Assembly (NCBI GenBank): GCA_963771175.1
Contig: CAVYSY010000041.1
Location: forward strand, 1 to 30,319
From: an uncultured delta proteobacterium
Lineage (GTDB): Bacteria; Myxococcota; Myxococcia; Myxococcales; Myxococcaceae
Length of the DNA stretch: 30,319 nt
Reading direction: 5' to 3'
Below, piece after piece: positions 1-11,949 of this stretch (positions within the stretch are counted from its first letter, which is position 1; each line of letters starts with the position of its first letter). The notes below the pieces were generated by a model that saw nothing but the letters and a program-made list of their open reading frames with translations, did no database searches and was not told the DNA's origin. Made by a program: the position numbers and the translations under genes.

Positions 1-71
1 AGTGAGCGGATGAACAAGCCCTCGAAGAAACTGCCCTGCGTGGCGCGACCGGAAATGGGGCCCTGCCTCAT
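1..71 (-). CDS. DUF2378 (Myxococcales-restricted) family protein, N-terminus only (runs off the window edge)
   Basis: Manual translation from ATG at 71 gives MRQGPISGRATQGSFFEGLFIRS; FEGLFxR resembles the DUF2378 N-terminus. Confidence 0.45.
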   Translation of the reverse strand, partial: MRQGPISGRATQGSFFEGLFIRS

Positions 72-177
72 GCGCGTACCGATGGCTCGAAATTGTATAC
101 AGGACCCCGGCCTTCTCGGCCATAGCGCCCCTGAGCCGCGCCGCCGGTTACAGACTCGGGGAGCTGGTAATCCCGAG

Positions 178-241
178 CCAGGGTGTCAGACGGCTCGTAG
201 GGGACGAGGTGTCGGAACGAGTCCTTTGACACCTCCCGGGT
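178..241. repeat. ~64-bp GGTGTC-box palindromic element, copy 1 (inverted relative to 1069-1132)
   Basis: GGTGTC at 182 and 208, GACACC at 228; hairpin GAGGTGTC-N14-GACACCTC; near-identical reverse complement at 1069-1132. Confidence 0.9.
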
Positions 242-263
242 GGAGTAGCCGCCTTCGCGTGCG

Positions 264-826
264 CTATGACCCGCAATCGTTGTACGCCACGTGCGTTTCG
301 ATGAAGCGCACCTCTCCCGCCGTGCGAGGGACACGCATCGCGGCGACCGGATAGGAGGCCACTCCCCCGGTGCCACAACCACCGTTTGGCCACGTCGGGT
401 CTGGCTCTATCTCCTGCACGGTGACAGCGAGCCCGCCGTCGCGCACGGCCACCTCCCGGACGACGATGTGGTAGCCGGGCGAGCCCCGAGCGCCCATCAT
501 CGCCACGACGACGAGCTCCCGCTCGAAGTCCACGGCTGGAAGCGCGGGCTTATAAGAGCCCATGCTCCAGAGCTGCTGCCACATGGAGGTCCACGTCTCG
601 GTGTCGCGGATGACCACGCGCTGCCGCTCCTGGAACGGGGTGTTGTATTTGCAGAACCTCCCCGTGTCGTCGAAGTGGTCCGTGCACTCGGGGAGCGGCG
701 GGCGGAGCACCCGAGGGACACCCGCGTCGGGGTCCGTGCTGCCGGCTGCCGTGCGCGGACTGTCGTGGGGGGCGGCTCCATCTGGCCGCCTTCCTTGGGT
801 TCACAACCGGTGGTGGTGAGGAGCAG
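264..826 (-). pseudogene. PrcB C-terminal-like lipoprotein, copy A (native 3' end, 5' end replaced, frameshift near 745)
   Basis: PAVDFERELVVVAMMGARGSPGYHIVVREV resembles PrcB_C; lipobox LTTTGC lies in another frame; the start/signal region is replaced by an IS91 fragment. Confidence 0.7.
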
Positions 827-840
827 CACGGTCAAGCCCA

Positions 841-893
841 AGGTACCTGGCAAAGTCCCGCTCCACGTACCAGGGCAGACCGCGCCCCACCTC
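841..893 (-). mobile_element. 53-bp fragment of IS91-like transposase gene
   Basis: Reverse complement matches 3842-3894 at 49/53 nt ([18 protein letters not shown]). Confidence 0.85.
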
Positions 894-895
894 AG

Positions 896-1060
896 TCACT
901 CCCGCAGAAACTCGACAGCGGCCCTGGTGAACGCACGAACCTTCTTTTCGGGGCCCTGAGCGACGAGCACCAGGCGCAGGGTGTGTGGGTCTTCCAAGTT
1001 GCTACGCAGGCTGTGCTCGACGCCGAGCTTGCTTGCAAACTGCTTGAAGGCGAGACGCAT
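896..1060 (-). CDS. 54-aa hypothetical ORF or gene fragment
   Basis: MRLAFKQFASKLGVEHSLRSNLEDPHTLRLVLVAQGPEKKVRAFTRAAVEFLRE*; protein-like composition; fills the gap between two junctions. Confidence 0.35.
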   Translation of the reverse strand: MRLAFKQFASKLGVEHSLRSNLEDPHTLRLVLVAQGPEKKVRAFTRAAVEFLRE

Positions 1061-1068
1061 TGGAGTAG

Positions 1069-1132
1069 ACCCGGGGAGGTGTCAAAGGACTCGTTCCGAC
1101 ACCTCGCCCCCTACGAGTCGTCTGACACCTGG
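1069..1132. repeat. ~64-bp GGTGTC-box palindromic element, copy 2
   Basis: GGTGTC at 1078, GACACC at 1098 and 1124; reverse complement of 178-241 with few mismatches. Confidence 0.9.
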
Positions 1133-2476
1133 GCGGAGGTCCCGTCGAGCCGCAGCAGGCTGTCACGGCCGTTTGACGAGAGCCACAGCATGGCGGGGGG
1201 GGAGGAGCCCTCGTCGATTTTCACCTGCCACACCACCGTCACCGTCTGTCCGGGTGACAGCGTCACGGGCCGCGACGAGTATCCGCCGAGCCGCACCCGG
1301 CCCGGCTCCATCTGGTGCATCTGTCCGTCGTGCAGGATGAGCGTCGCCGTCGGGAGGTTGCTTCGCCAGGACTGGCTCGGGTGGATGACGAGCGGTGCTC
1401 CCTTCTCCTGCATCAGCTCCACCTCCACTTCGCAGCCCGGGTAGTACGGCCGCATCTGCTGCTCGCGCGAGACCGCCCGATGGTGGCAGCTGGTGTCGAG
1501 GACCCTCACCATCAGCCTTCCGCCGAGGATGCGCTCGAGTCCTCCCGCTCGCGGCAGCCGCTCCGCCATCTGCCTCACGGCGTGCTTCATCGCTTCGTCC
1601 CACCGGGCCTGGAAGGCGTCGAGCCGCGCGAGGCGCTCGCGAACGCGCCCGTCTTCCCACCCCACCAGCGAGGCCAGTGCCAGCAACTCGTCCCGGGCCT
1701 GCTCCACCCTCTGTCCGGGGTAGCCCCATTGAGGTTGCATGGGATGCGGGCGCGCTCGCTCCAGTTCAGCCAGCCGCTTGTCCATCGCGGCCACGTACCG
1801 GGGTGCCCGTTGATCGACCTGCCGGGGTTCCATCACCACGCAGCCCGTCCACGTGTGGCGCGAGCGCAGCTCGAGTGGGAAGGCTCCTTCGAAGCGCCCC
1901 TGGGTGAAGTCGAGGGGCTCATCGATGAGGACGTCTCGATCCGCGACCTCCACCGACACCACGTCCCCCTGGCGCAGCCGCACGGCTGGAGCCGAGAGGT
2001 ACATCTCAGAGTGGTCCTCGGGTCCCCGTCGCGTCACCATGGGGGTGGAGCCCAGCCGGAGCGTGACTCGCAGGTCGGGCGCGAGCAGCTCGTCGAAGCC
2101 CCGTGTCGTCACCACCACCCGGCACACCACCACGCCCGAGCTCAGCGTCTCCATCCGCACCGGCCTGTTCAGCTGCTGGAAGACTCCTTCGAGGTCCGAC
2201 AGCTGGCGGGGCCTCCTTGTCCTCGGACGAGGCCCACCCGGGCGCGGGCCCCCTGGCCTGAACGGCCAGAGGCTTCGCCACCGTGTCCTCGGGCGGGGTC
2301 TTCGCCTCTGGGGGGATGGGCTGCGTGTGCTGGGGCGCCGGTGGCCTCGCATCGGCCCGGACCGGCGTGCCGGAATGGAAGCACCCTGCCAGCACCGTGG
2401 CCGCGGCGAGTGCGACCCATGGCTTGCGCGGTGTGCGGTTTCGCCGTGCTCCGGGTGTGGTGGATCGAGTGGACAT
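1111..2476 (-). CDS. Hypothetical lipoprotein, frameshifted near 2200
   Basis: ATG at 2476 lies 7 nt after the mazF stop; signal ...VALAAATVLAGC lipobox and Pro-rich linker continue into ORF 1111..2352; the stop lies inside the GGTGTC element. Confidence 0.65.
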
Positions 2477-2483
2477 CTCTTCG

Positions 2484-2840
2484 CTACCTCTCGAAGAACG
2501 ACACCTGCTGGAATCGCAGGCCGGCCAGAATCTGCTCCACCCGCGTGTCGGACAGCGACCCGAGGCGTTCACCCAGGCGGGCCTTGTCGACCGAGGAGAC
2601 CTGCGACACGACCACAACGCTCTGCTTGGGAAGGTTCCCCTCGCCCACCTCGAGCAGGACGTTCCCCGGCTCGTTCGCCCGGTGCAGGTTCGACGTCAAT
2701 GCACACACGACCACGGTCGTGATGCGCGAGTGATTGAAGACGTCGTCTTGAACCACCACGTGGGGATGGGAGTAGCCCGGGACAGGCCCGCGCGAGTCAT
2801 CTGGCCCGATCCAGAACACGTCACCGCGGTTGATCCTCAC
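2484..2840 (-). CDS. mazF: PemK/MazF family endoribonuclease toxin, Myxococcus MazF-like
   Basis: RGDVFW, HPHVVVQDDVFNHSRITTVVVCALTSN, LPKQSVVVVSQVSSVDKARLGERLGSL motifs; closely resembles M. xanthus MazF as recalled. Confidence 0.92.
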   Translation of the reverse strand: MRINRGDVFWIGPDDSRGPVPGYSHPHVVVQDDVFNHSRITTVVVCALTSNLHRANEPGNVLLEVGEGNLPKQSVVVVSQVSSVDKARLGERLGSLSDTRVEQILAGLRFQQVSFFER

Positions 2841-2895
2841 TGGACTAGAGTACCGCGACCGGGGTGTGGTTCACGCCCCCATCGTGGAGGCTCTC

Positions 2896-4282
<1,387 letters not shown>

Positions 4283-4378
4283 CGCCGGGCGCAGCATTGA
4301 AGCTCGCCCCCCGAGCGAGCAGGCCCCACACGCTTCTTCTAGGGCGGAGCGTCCGCTTCGGTGCTAGGCCTTGCTGCC

Positions 4379-7300
4379 ATGTCCGGCGACTCACCCGTCC
4401 CCATCCCCGGCGGCTTGCCCATCCTGCACTTCCCCCCCGAGCTCCCCATCTCGAGCGCGGGTGGAGGACATCACCGCGGCCATCGCCGCCCATCAGGTCG
4501 TCATCGTCGCGGGGGCCACCGGCTCGGGGAAGACGACGCAGCTGCCGAAGGTCCTGCTCGCCATGGGGCGCGGCCGCCCGCGCCAGATTGGCGTCACCCA
4601 GCCCCGGCGCATCGCCGCGACGAGCGTGGCGGCGCGCGTGGCACGCGAGCTCGGCACGCAGCTCGGCACGGACGTCGGCTACCAGATTCGCTTCGACGAC
4701 CGCTCGTCCCGGCGACGGCCGTGAAGTTCATGACCGACGGCATCCTGCTCGCGCAGATCCACGGCGACCCGCTCCTGCGCCGCTACGACACGCTCGTGCT
4801 CGACGAGGCCCACGAGCGCAGCCTCACCATCGACTTCCTGCTCGGGTGGCTCAAGCGCATCCTCCCCAGGCGCCCCGACCTCAAGGTGGTGGTGAGCTCG
4901 GCCACCATCGAGACCGAGCGCTTCTCGCGGTTCTTCGGGGGAGCTCCGGTCATCCAGGTGGAGGGCCGCACCTTCCCGGTGGACGTGCTCTACGAGCCGC
5001 CCCCCGAGGACGCCGAGCTCGCCGACGCCGTCGCCGACGCGGTCGCGAACGTGCTCTCGCTCGACCCGGACGGCGACGTCCTCGTGTTCCTCCCCGGCGA
5101 GCGGGAAATCCGCGAGACCGAGAACGCGCTGAACGCGCGCGAGCTCCGCGGCACGGTGGTGCAGCCGCTCTATGCGCGCCTGTCGGCCGCCGAGCAGGCG
5201 CGCGTCTTCGCCAGCATCCCCGAGCGCCGGGTCATCCTCGCCACCAACGTCGCCGAGACGTCGGTCACCATCCCGGGCATCGTGTACGTCGTGGACACGG
5301 GGGTGGCGCGCCTGTCGCGCTACGACCCGCGCTCGGGCACCACGCGCCTGCAGATCGAGCCGATCTCCCAGGCCAGCGCCGACCAGCGCAAGGGGCGCTG
5401 CGGCCGCGTGCGCGAGGGGATCTGCGTGCGCCTCTACGACGAGGCGAGCTTCACCTCGCGGCCCGCCTTCACCGACCCGGAGATCAAGCGCACCGGGCTC
5501 GCGGGGGTCATCCTGCGGATGAAGTCGCTCGGCCTCGGCGACGTCGAGGACTTCCCCTTCCTCGACCCGCCCCAGCCGAAGGCCATCGCCGAGGGCTAGC
5601 GGGTGCTCGAGGAGCTCGGGGCCATCGAGGGCAAGGAGCGCACCCTGACGCCGCTCGGGCACCAGCTCGCGCGCTTCCCGGTGGACCCGCGCATCGCGCG
5701 GATGATCCTCGCCGGCGCCGAGTACGGCTGCCTGGACGAGGTGCTCGTCGTCGCCGCGGCGCTCAACCTGCAGGACCCGCGCGAGCGGCCACGGGAGCTC
5801 GCGCAGAAGGCGGACGAGCTGCACCGGCGCTTCCGCGACGAGCACTCGGACTTCATGGGGCTGCTCAAGCTGTGGGAGTTCGTGCGCGAGGCCGAGGGCG
5901 CGGGGCACGTCGCACCTGCGGCGCGTGTGCCGGGACAACTTCCTGTCCTTCCTGCGGGTGCGCGAGTGGCGGGACGTCCAGCGCCAGCTCGAGGAGATCG
6001 TCCGCGAGCTGCGCCTGCCGCGCAAGGGCCGGGGCGCCCCGGCGCGCGGGAGACGCCCTGCACCAGGCGCTCCTCACCGGGCTCCTGTCCCGCATCGGCC
6101 AGTGGAATCCGGAGCAGCGCCACTACACGGGCGCGAAGCAGACGCGCTTCATGCGTTCACCCCTCGTCGGCGCTCGCGAGGAAGCCCCCGGCCTGGGTGA
6201 TGGCGTTCGAGCTCGTGGAGACGTCCCAGCTGTTCGCGCGCACGGTGGCGAAGCTCGACCCGGAGTGGCTCGCGGCGGCGGCCCCCCACCTGCTCAAGCG
6301 CAGCTACTCCGAACCGCACTGGTCGGAGAAGTCCGCGCGCGCCGTGGTGAAGGAGAACGCGACCCTCTTCGGGCTCGCAGGTCTTCAAGGAGCGCCCCGT
6401 GGCACTACGCCAGCATGGACGCCGCCCGGGCACGGCTGATGTTCCTCGAGCATGCCCTGGTGCGCGGCGAGTACCGCACGCGGGGGGCGTTCCAGGAGAA
6501 GAACCGCCAGGTGCTCGAGCGCGTGGCACGCCTGCGGGACAAGGCCCGGCGCAGCGAGCTGCTCGACGAGCGAGGCGCTGCTGACGTTCTTCGACCAGCG
6601 CGTCCCGGCGGACGTGACGGACGGAGCGAGCTTCGAGGCCTGGCGCCGCAAGGCCGAGGCGGCCGACCCCGACGTGCTCGTCCTCTCGATGGAGGATGCG
6701 CTCGCGCACGACCCGGGCCTGTCCCCGGCGCACTACCCGGACGCCCTCACCCTGCACGGCGCGTCCGTGCCGGTGACGTACACCTTCGACCCCTCGGCCG
6801 AGGACGACGGCATCACCCTGAGCGTGCCGCTGCTGCTGCTCGCCCAGCTGGTCCCGGGTGAGCTCGACTGGACCATCCCCGGGTGGCAGCGGGAGAAGCT
6901 CACCGCGCTGCTCGAGCAGGTCCCCCGCGCCCAGCGCAAGCAGCTGGGGCCGGTGCCGGACCTGGTCGACCGTCTCGAGAAGGAGCTGGTGCCCTTCCGC
7001 GGGCCGATGATTCCAGCGCTCGCGCGTGCGGTGTCCCGGCTGTGCGGCGTGGACGTGCCCGAGGAGTCCTTCCGGGCGGATGCCGTGGCGCCGTACCTGC
7101 GCATCACGCTCCGGGTGCTCGACGAGCGGGGAAAGGAGCTCGCGCGGAGCCGCGACGCCGACGCGCTGCTCGAGCAGTACGGGGGACGTGCACGGGCGGC
7201 GCTGCGCAGCGTGGCACCGGCCTCGGACTGGGAGCGCAAGGGGCTGACGGCCTGGACCTTCGGCGAGCTGCCCCCCGTGGTCACCCGGCGGGTCGGCGGG

Positions 7301-8096
7301 CTCGAGGTCCGCAGCTACCCCGCGCTCGTCGACCGGGGCGCTGCCGTGGACCTGGTGCTGCTCGAGACCTCCGCCGCCGCCGACGCGGCCACGCGCACGG
7401 GGGTCCGCCGGCTCCTGATGCTCGCCGCGCGCGGACACGTGGCCGTCAGCGCCGCGCGCATGCCGCCGCCCTTCCCGTCCCTGGACGGCGCGCCGCCCGC
7501 GCGGGGCCAGGCCGACGCCTTCCGGGCGCTCGTCCTCGCACGCAGCGTCGACGATGCGTTCAAGCTCGCACCGGGCGCGCCGCTGCCCCGCACGAAGGCG
7601 GCCTTCGAGGCGCTCGTCCGTGAGGGCTCACCGCGCATCGAGCGTGCGGCCCGGGACTGGGCGGACGGCCGTCAGGGCCACCTCCTCGGCGCTCGCTGCG
7701 ACGCTCGCTGCACTCAAGGCCGCATCACGGGGGCCGAGCGGCGCGGCGGCCGTGCGGGACATCCGCTCGCAGCTCGGGCACCTGTTCCCCGCGAACCTCA
7801 TCGAGTGGATTCCCTTCTCGCGCCTGCTGGACTACCCGCGCTACCTCCGCGCGGCCCAGGCACGGCTGTCGCGTGCGGTGGCGAACCCCGGCAAGGACGC
7901 AGGGAAGGCCGCGCCCTTCACCCCCCTGTGGGAGACCTTCCTCGCCAGGCGCGCCACCGTGCGTGACCAGGAGGCGGCGCAGGAGCTGCGGTGGGCCTTC
8001 GAGGAGCTCCGCGTGGCCATCTTCGCCCCGGAGGTGACGACGCCCGTGTCGGTGACGGTGGCGAAGGTCGGCGCGGCCCTCGCGGCGCTGCGCTAG
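4379..8096 (+). CDS. hrpA: ATP-dependent DEAH RNA helicase HrpA (several frameshifts; in-frame TAG at 5597)
   Basis: [55 protein letters not shown]2 region, C-terminal [17 protein letters not shown]. Confidence 0.9.
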
Positions 8097-8447
8097 AAGC
8101 GAGCGGCTGCGCGGCCGAGACGAGCGCATCGGCATCCTCGAGGTGCTGCCGCCGCCCCCGGAAAGGTGTCAGGCACCTCGTACGGGCCTCGGGTGGCGGC
8201 CAGCAGTCCATGGTCGTCGTGTCGCGCTACGACTCGGAGCCGAACCAGGGCAGCCGGCGCGTGCGAGGCACCTTCATGTCCTTCTAGCTCAAGCACCTGG
8301 ACTCCCAGGCGTCAATGACGATGCACCCCATGGACCTCATGTACGCAGGACGTGCACGGAAAGCGGGAATTGAAGTGCTCCCGGAAATGTCAGACCTACC
8401 CGGTATAAATCCCCCTACGTGACGCCACTCAGGGCGTCGCCGAAAGG

Positions 8448-9971
8448 GTGCATTTCCAAGTGCATAAGTCATTGATTTCTCTCGGGCTTTTGATCGGCAT
8501 GACAGGGGTCGGCTGCTCGGGTCTCGACGAGGCCGAGGCGCTGGACTCCTCCGTGTCGGCGGACACGACCTCTCAGGTCACCCGAGCCCTGATCACCAAC
8601 GTCACCGGCACCAGCCCGGTGACCTTCGTTGCCATGTCGGGGAACGAGACGAAGCCGTACGATCAGTCGGCCACGTCGGTGGTGGCGTACACGCGGGACT
8701 CAACGACTGGGGAGTTCACGACCTACCCGGGCACGGGCTCGGCGGACGGCACCCTCTCCGTGCCGAGCGTCCCCTCCGGGCGCATCTACCTGAAGCTGGG
8801 TTCGCGCTACCTGGTGAGCACCGGACGCTCGTTCGATCTGGGCTCTACGGAGTGGGGCCGAGATGGCGCCTTCGCCTCGCTGTCCACACTCGTGACGGTG
8901 TCCGCCACCGGCCTGTCTCCCTGGCAGTCGGGGGACTTCCTGGACATGTATTCGCTGAACCCAGGCGCGTTCGGCTACATCGACGGCAGCGCGACGGGGT
9001 TCCCCCAGGCGGGCGCTACGTCGCTCTCCGGGATGAGCTTTGATTACGCCAACATGCTCAATCCGGTGCTGCTCGACAGCAGCCGCGGGGATGTGTTCTC
9101 ACTGGCGCAGATGCGGCTGCAGACGAGCGCGAATGGGGTGCCCTACCGCGCCATGCACAAGGTGCTCGACACGAGCATGACGCAAGTAGAGGGCCAGCCC
9201 GTCACCGTCAGCGGCACCTTCACCCAGCCCGTCGCGACGGGTACCTTCGGGGTGGACTGGAGGCGCTCGGCCTTCGAGGCGATGCGCACCCAGGTGAACC
9301 CAAGCGCGGTCAGCACGTACAACGAGCTCTGGATGTCCGCCCGGCCGGCCGCGCTGAGCTCGGCGCTCGCATCCATCAGCGGCCCGCCGCTGCTCGTGAA
9401 GCTCAATCCTGACGCGCAGCGGACCGACATCGTCACGGGGAACATGACGTACAACAACCCGCTCCCAGCGACGTGGCAGAAGGTGGCGCTCGTCGCCGCG
9501 GGCTTTACGAAGAGCTACGCGCTGGGGACCGCGACGCCCTACACCATGAGCGTGGACATCCGCGTGGATCAGGAGGCGAGCGCGTTCGCCGCCGCGCCTG
9601 TGCAGCCGATCATCGGGCCGGTGCAAGCGCCCCAGGTGAACACGCGGGGCGCGTTCCAGAACCTCACGGGCGTGGGGACTGACGCCTCCCTGCGCTGGTC
9701 CAAGCCGCTGGTCGGCACGGCCACGAACTACGTGGTGAACATCTACCGGCTGGGCGTGAGCAATGGCCGCACCACCGTCACGCGAGTGGCGGCGCTGCAC
9801 ACGGATCTCCAAAGCGTGTATCTGCCCCCAGACGTGCTGCAGGCGGGCCAGACGTACTTCGCGGAGATCCAGAGCTGGTACCAGCCCGGCTCGGACCTGG
9901 CGACGAGCCCGTACAAGCGCTCGCTGCCTCGAGGCCGCGCCAGCGTGCTCACCGGCATGTTCAGCCCGTAG
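8448..9971 (+). CDS. Myxobacterial beta-rich lipoprotein with FN3-like C-terminus
   Basis: Intact 507-aa ORF; lipobox GVGC; Ser/Thr-rich; C-terminal LRWSKP..YVVNIY..LQAGQTY pattern; start could be GTG at 8460. Confidence 0.8.
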   Translation: MHFQVHKSLISLGLLIGMTGVGCSGLDEAEALDSSVSADTTSQVTRALITNVTGTSPVTFVAMSGNETKPYDQSATSVVAYTRDSTTGEFTTYPGTGSADGTLSVPSVPSGRIYLKLGSRYLVSTGRSFDLGSTEWGRDGAFASLSTLVTVSATGLSPWQSGDFLDMYSLNPGAFGYIDGSATGFPQAGATSLSGMSFDYANMLNPVLLDSSRGDVFSLAQMRLQTSANGVPYRAMHKVLDTSMTQVEGQPVTVSGTFTQPVATGTFGVDWRRSAFEAMRTQVNPSAVSTYNELWMSARPAALSSALASISGPPLLVKLNPDAQRTDIVTGNMTYNNPLPATWQKVALVAAGFTKSYALGTATPYTMSVDIRVDQEASAFAAAPVQPIIGPVQAPQVNTRGAFQNLTGVGTDASLRWSKPLVGTATNYVVNIYRLGVSNGRTTVTRVAALHTDLQSVYLPPDVLQAGQTYFAEIQSWYQPGSDLATSPYKRSLPRGRASVLTGMFSP

Positions 9972-9984
9972 GCGCTGAAGTTCC

Positions 9985-10016
9985 AGGAAGGGAGCGAAGC
10001 CCGCCTCCTCCCTTCC
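9985..10016 (+). terminator. Stem-loop after the lipoprotein gene
   Basis: GGAAGGGAG...CTCCCTTCC inverted repeat; no U-tract. Confidence 0.35.
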
Positions 10017-10168
10017 CGCAGGCCCAGAGGGCAACCCCAGCTCCGCCACCGGGACGCTCTTGAAGTCCAGCACGGAGCCGCCCTTCGCCGAGCCCCGTCG
10101 TGACGGAGGGCTCTCGCCGTGACACCTCCAGGGCACCACAAGGATCGGTCAGATGTATATAGGTCCTC

Positions 10169-11174
10169 ATGAGGACTCGGCGGAGCGTTTCGGTCAGCGA
10201 AATTAGTGAGATCATGGATGGCGCGTTCTTCTCGGCGAAGAGCCGAGACGGCGCGCGCATCGGCGTGAAGTTCGACGCCGCGGACGGAGAGGGCCAGCTC
10301 AGCATCACCGTCGCGCTGTATGATAAAGGGGACAACCTCTCGAACCAGCGTCAGTGGGAACTGCCGGTTCCGGCAGAGGTGCAAGCCGATGTAGAGCAGC
10401 TGAGGGCGTTCGCCGAGGGCTACCGGCGACTCGCCGGCGCGCTCGACTGGGAAGGTCTGTACCCGGAATATTTCCCCGCTTGGCCCTTGCTGTCAGTCGA
10501 TACGCTCCGGTCGCCCGAGGATTTCGAGCGCGTGCTCGCCAGCCCAGTCCTGCTGCGCGACACGATGGCCAGACACTGGGTGGAGTCCTGCCGCGCCAAG
10601 CAGGATTTGCCGCCTCTGCCGCTCGAGGAGAGTCGCAGCCTGTATGCCCTCAGTCTGGGAATGTCAACGCAACAAGAGCTGGAGCTGCACCTGGCGACGC
10701 TATCGAAGTCGCGGGCCGATGTTGTGCCCTATCTGCTCACGCTGCTGGAGCAATGGGCGGACGAGATAGACGCTGCGGGCTGCGACGGCTGGGTCGCCCA
10801 GGACGGCGGATCGTTGCGGGAGCACCTCGCGGAGTTGGCCTCAAGTTGGCTGGGCGAACGCGCCGATACAGCGCAGTCAGAGCGGCTTGCGCAGCTTCGG
10901 GAGCGCGGGCTCATCAAGGCGCCGCCGCCCGACTACGACGCACTCTTCGCGGCCACCGAGCATGCGGGACTACACCGACGTACTGGCGATGACGCTCGCG
11001 CCGAGCGGTACGCTGGAGAGCCCGAGCGGCAGCTGGGGAATGCACGTGATCGGGGAGCACAAGATCGCGGTCTTCGCCTCGGGCCTGGGTGACGGGTTCT
11101 ACGAGGTGCTCGCGGGAAGAGACGAACTTGGCCGGACGATCAGCCTGTTGACCGATTTCGGTGTGTTCCCATAA
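10169..11174 (+). CDS. DUF4241-like domain protein, frameshifted near 10950
   Basis: C-terminus IAVFASGLGDGFYEVLAGRDELGRTISLLTDF matches the DUF4241 pattern and joins ORF 10169..11092. Confidence 0.6.
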
Positions 11175-11298
11175 GTTCGCCAAAACGACGCCCTATCCTA
11201 TATCAAGACTGGCCGATGGTCATCCCGCTCATTGGGCCCTTCAAATGGTGTGACAATCGAAAGCCGGGCGGAACAAGGGCCGACCTTTTGAAGAGGAG

Positions 11299-11949
11299 AT
11301 GCAAATGACCCAGCGCGTACGAGTTCAGAATTTCGGGATCACGCAGGACGGATTTGGCTCAGGCGAGGGGCAGAGTCTGGAGCACCCATTCGGTAGTCTA
11401 GATCCCATGAAGCTCATGGGCTGGGCGTTCGCGACGTCGAGTCCTCCTTTTGGTACCAACGCGGACGGTAGCCGGGGGCTCGATGACTATTTCAGGCGCG
11501 ATTACGACCGAAACATCGGCGCCGAGATCATGGGTCGGAACAAATTCGGGCCGCAGCGCGGACCCTGGGAAAACGAGGCCTGGAAGGGCTGGTGGGGTGA
11601 CAAACCGCCGTTCCACACGCCGGTCTTCGTGCTGACGCACTTTGTCCGCCCTTCATTCTCGTTGAGCGACACGACCTTCCACTTCATCACCGCAAGTCCG
11701 AAGGAAGCGCTGCGGAGAGCGAAGGAAGCAGCGGGAGGCAAGGACGTCCGCATCGGCGGGGGTGTCGCCACGATCCGCGAGTTTCTCGCGGAAGACCTGA
11801 TCGATGAGATGCATATTGCCGTTGCGCCGATGATCGCGGGCAAGGGCGAGCGTCTTTGGGAGAGCTACGATCACCTGCTCGATCGCTTCCATCTCGAAAC
11901 GATCCCGAGCCCGAGCGGCATCACGCACCTGTTGTTTTGGCGGAAGTGA
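11299..11949 (+). CDS. Dihydrofolate reductase-like (RibD C-terminal) family protein
   Basis: AGGAG RBS; GAEIMGRNKF, WWGDKPPFHTPVFVLTH, DVRIGGGVATI, LIDEMHIAVAP..GKGERLW. Confidence 0.9.
   Translation: MQMTQRVRVQNFGITQDGFGSGEGQSLEHPFGSLDPMKLMGWAFATSSPPFGTNADGSRGLDDYFRRDYDRNIGAEIMGRNKFGPQRGPWENEAWKGWWGDKPPFHTPVFVLTHFVRPSFSLSDTTFHFITASPKEALRRAKEAAGGKDVRIGGGVATIREFLAEDLIDEMHIAVAPMIAGKGERLWESYDHLLDRFHLETIPSPSGITHLLFWRK

Noticed and set aside
178..1132. GGTGTC elements as integron attC sites or CRISPR repeats
   Set aside because: No RYYYAAC/GTTRRRY ends, no regular repeat-spacer period, and no intI or cas genes.
5597..5599. TAG in hrpA as pyrrolysine or stop-codon readthrough
   Set aside because: TAG ends other genes normally in this window, no pyl genes are present, and a single TGG-to-TAG change explains it.
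8190..8420. Possible small gene remnant between hrpA and the lipoprotein
   Set aside because: Interrupted by a stop codon with no recognisable motif, so no call can be supported.
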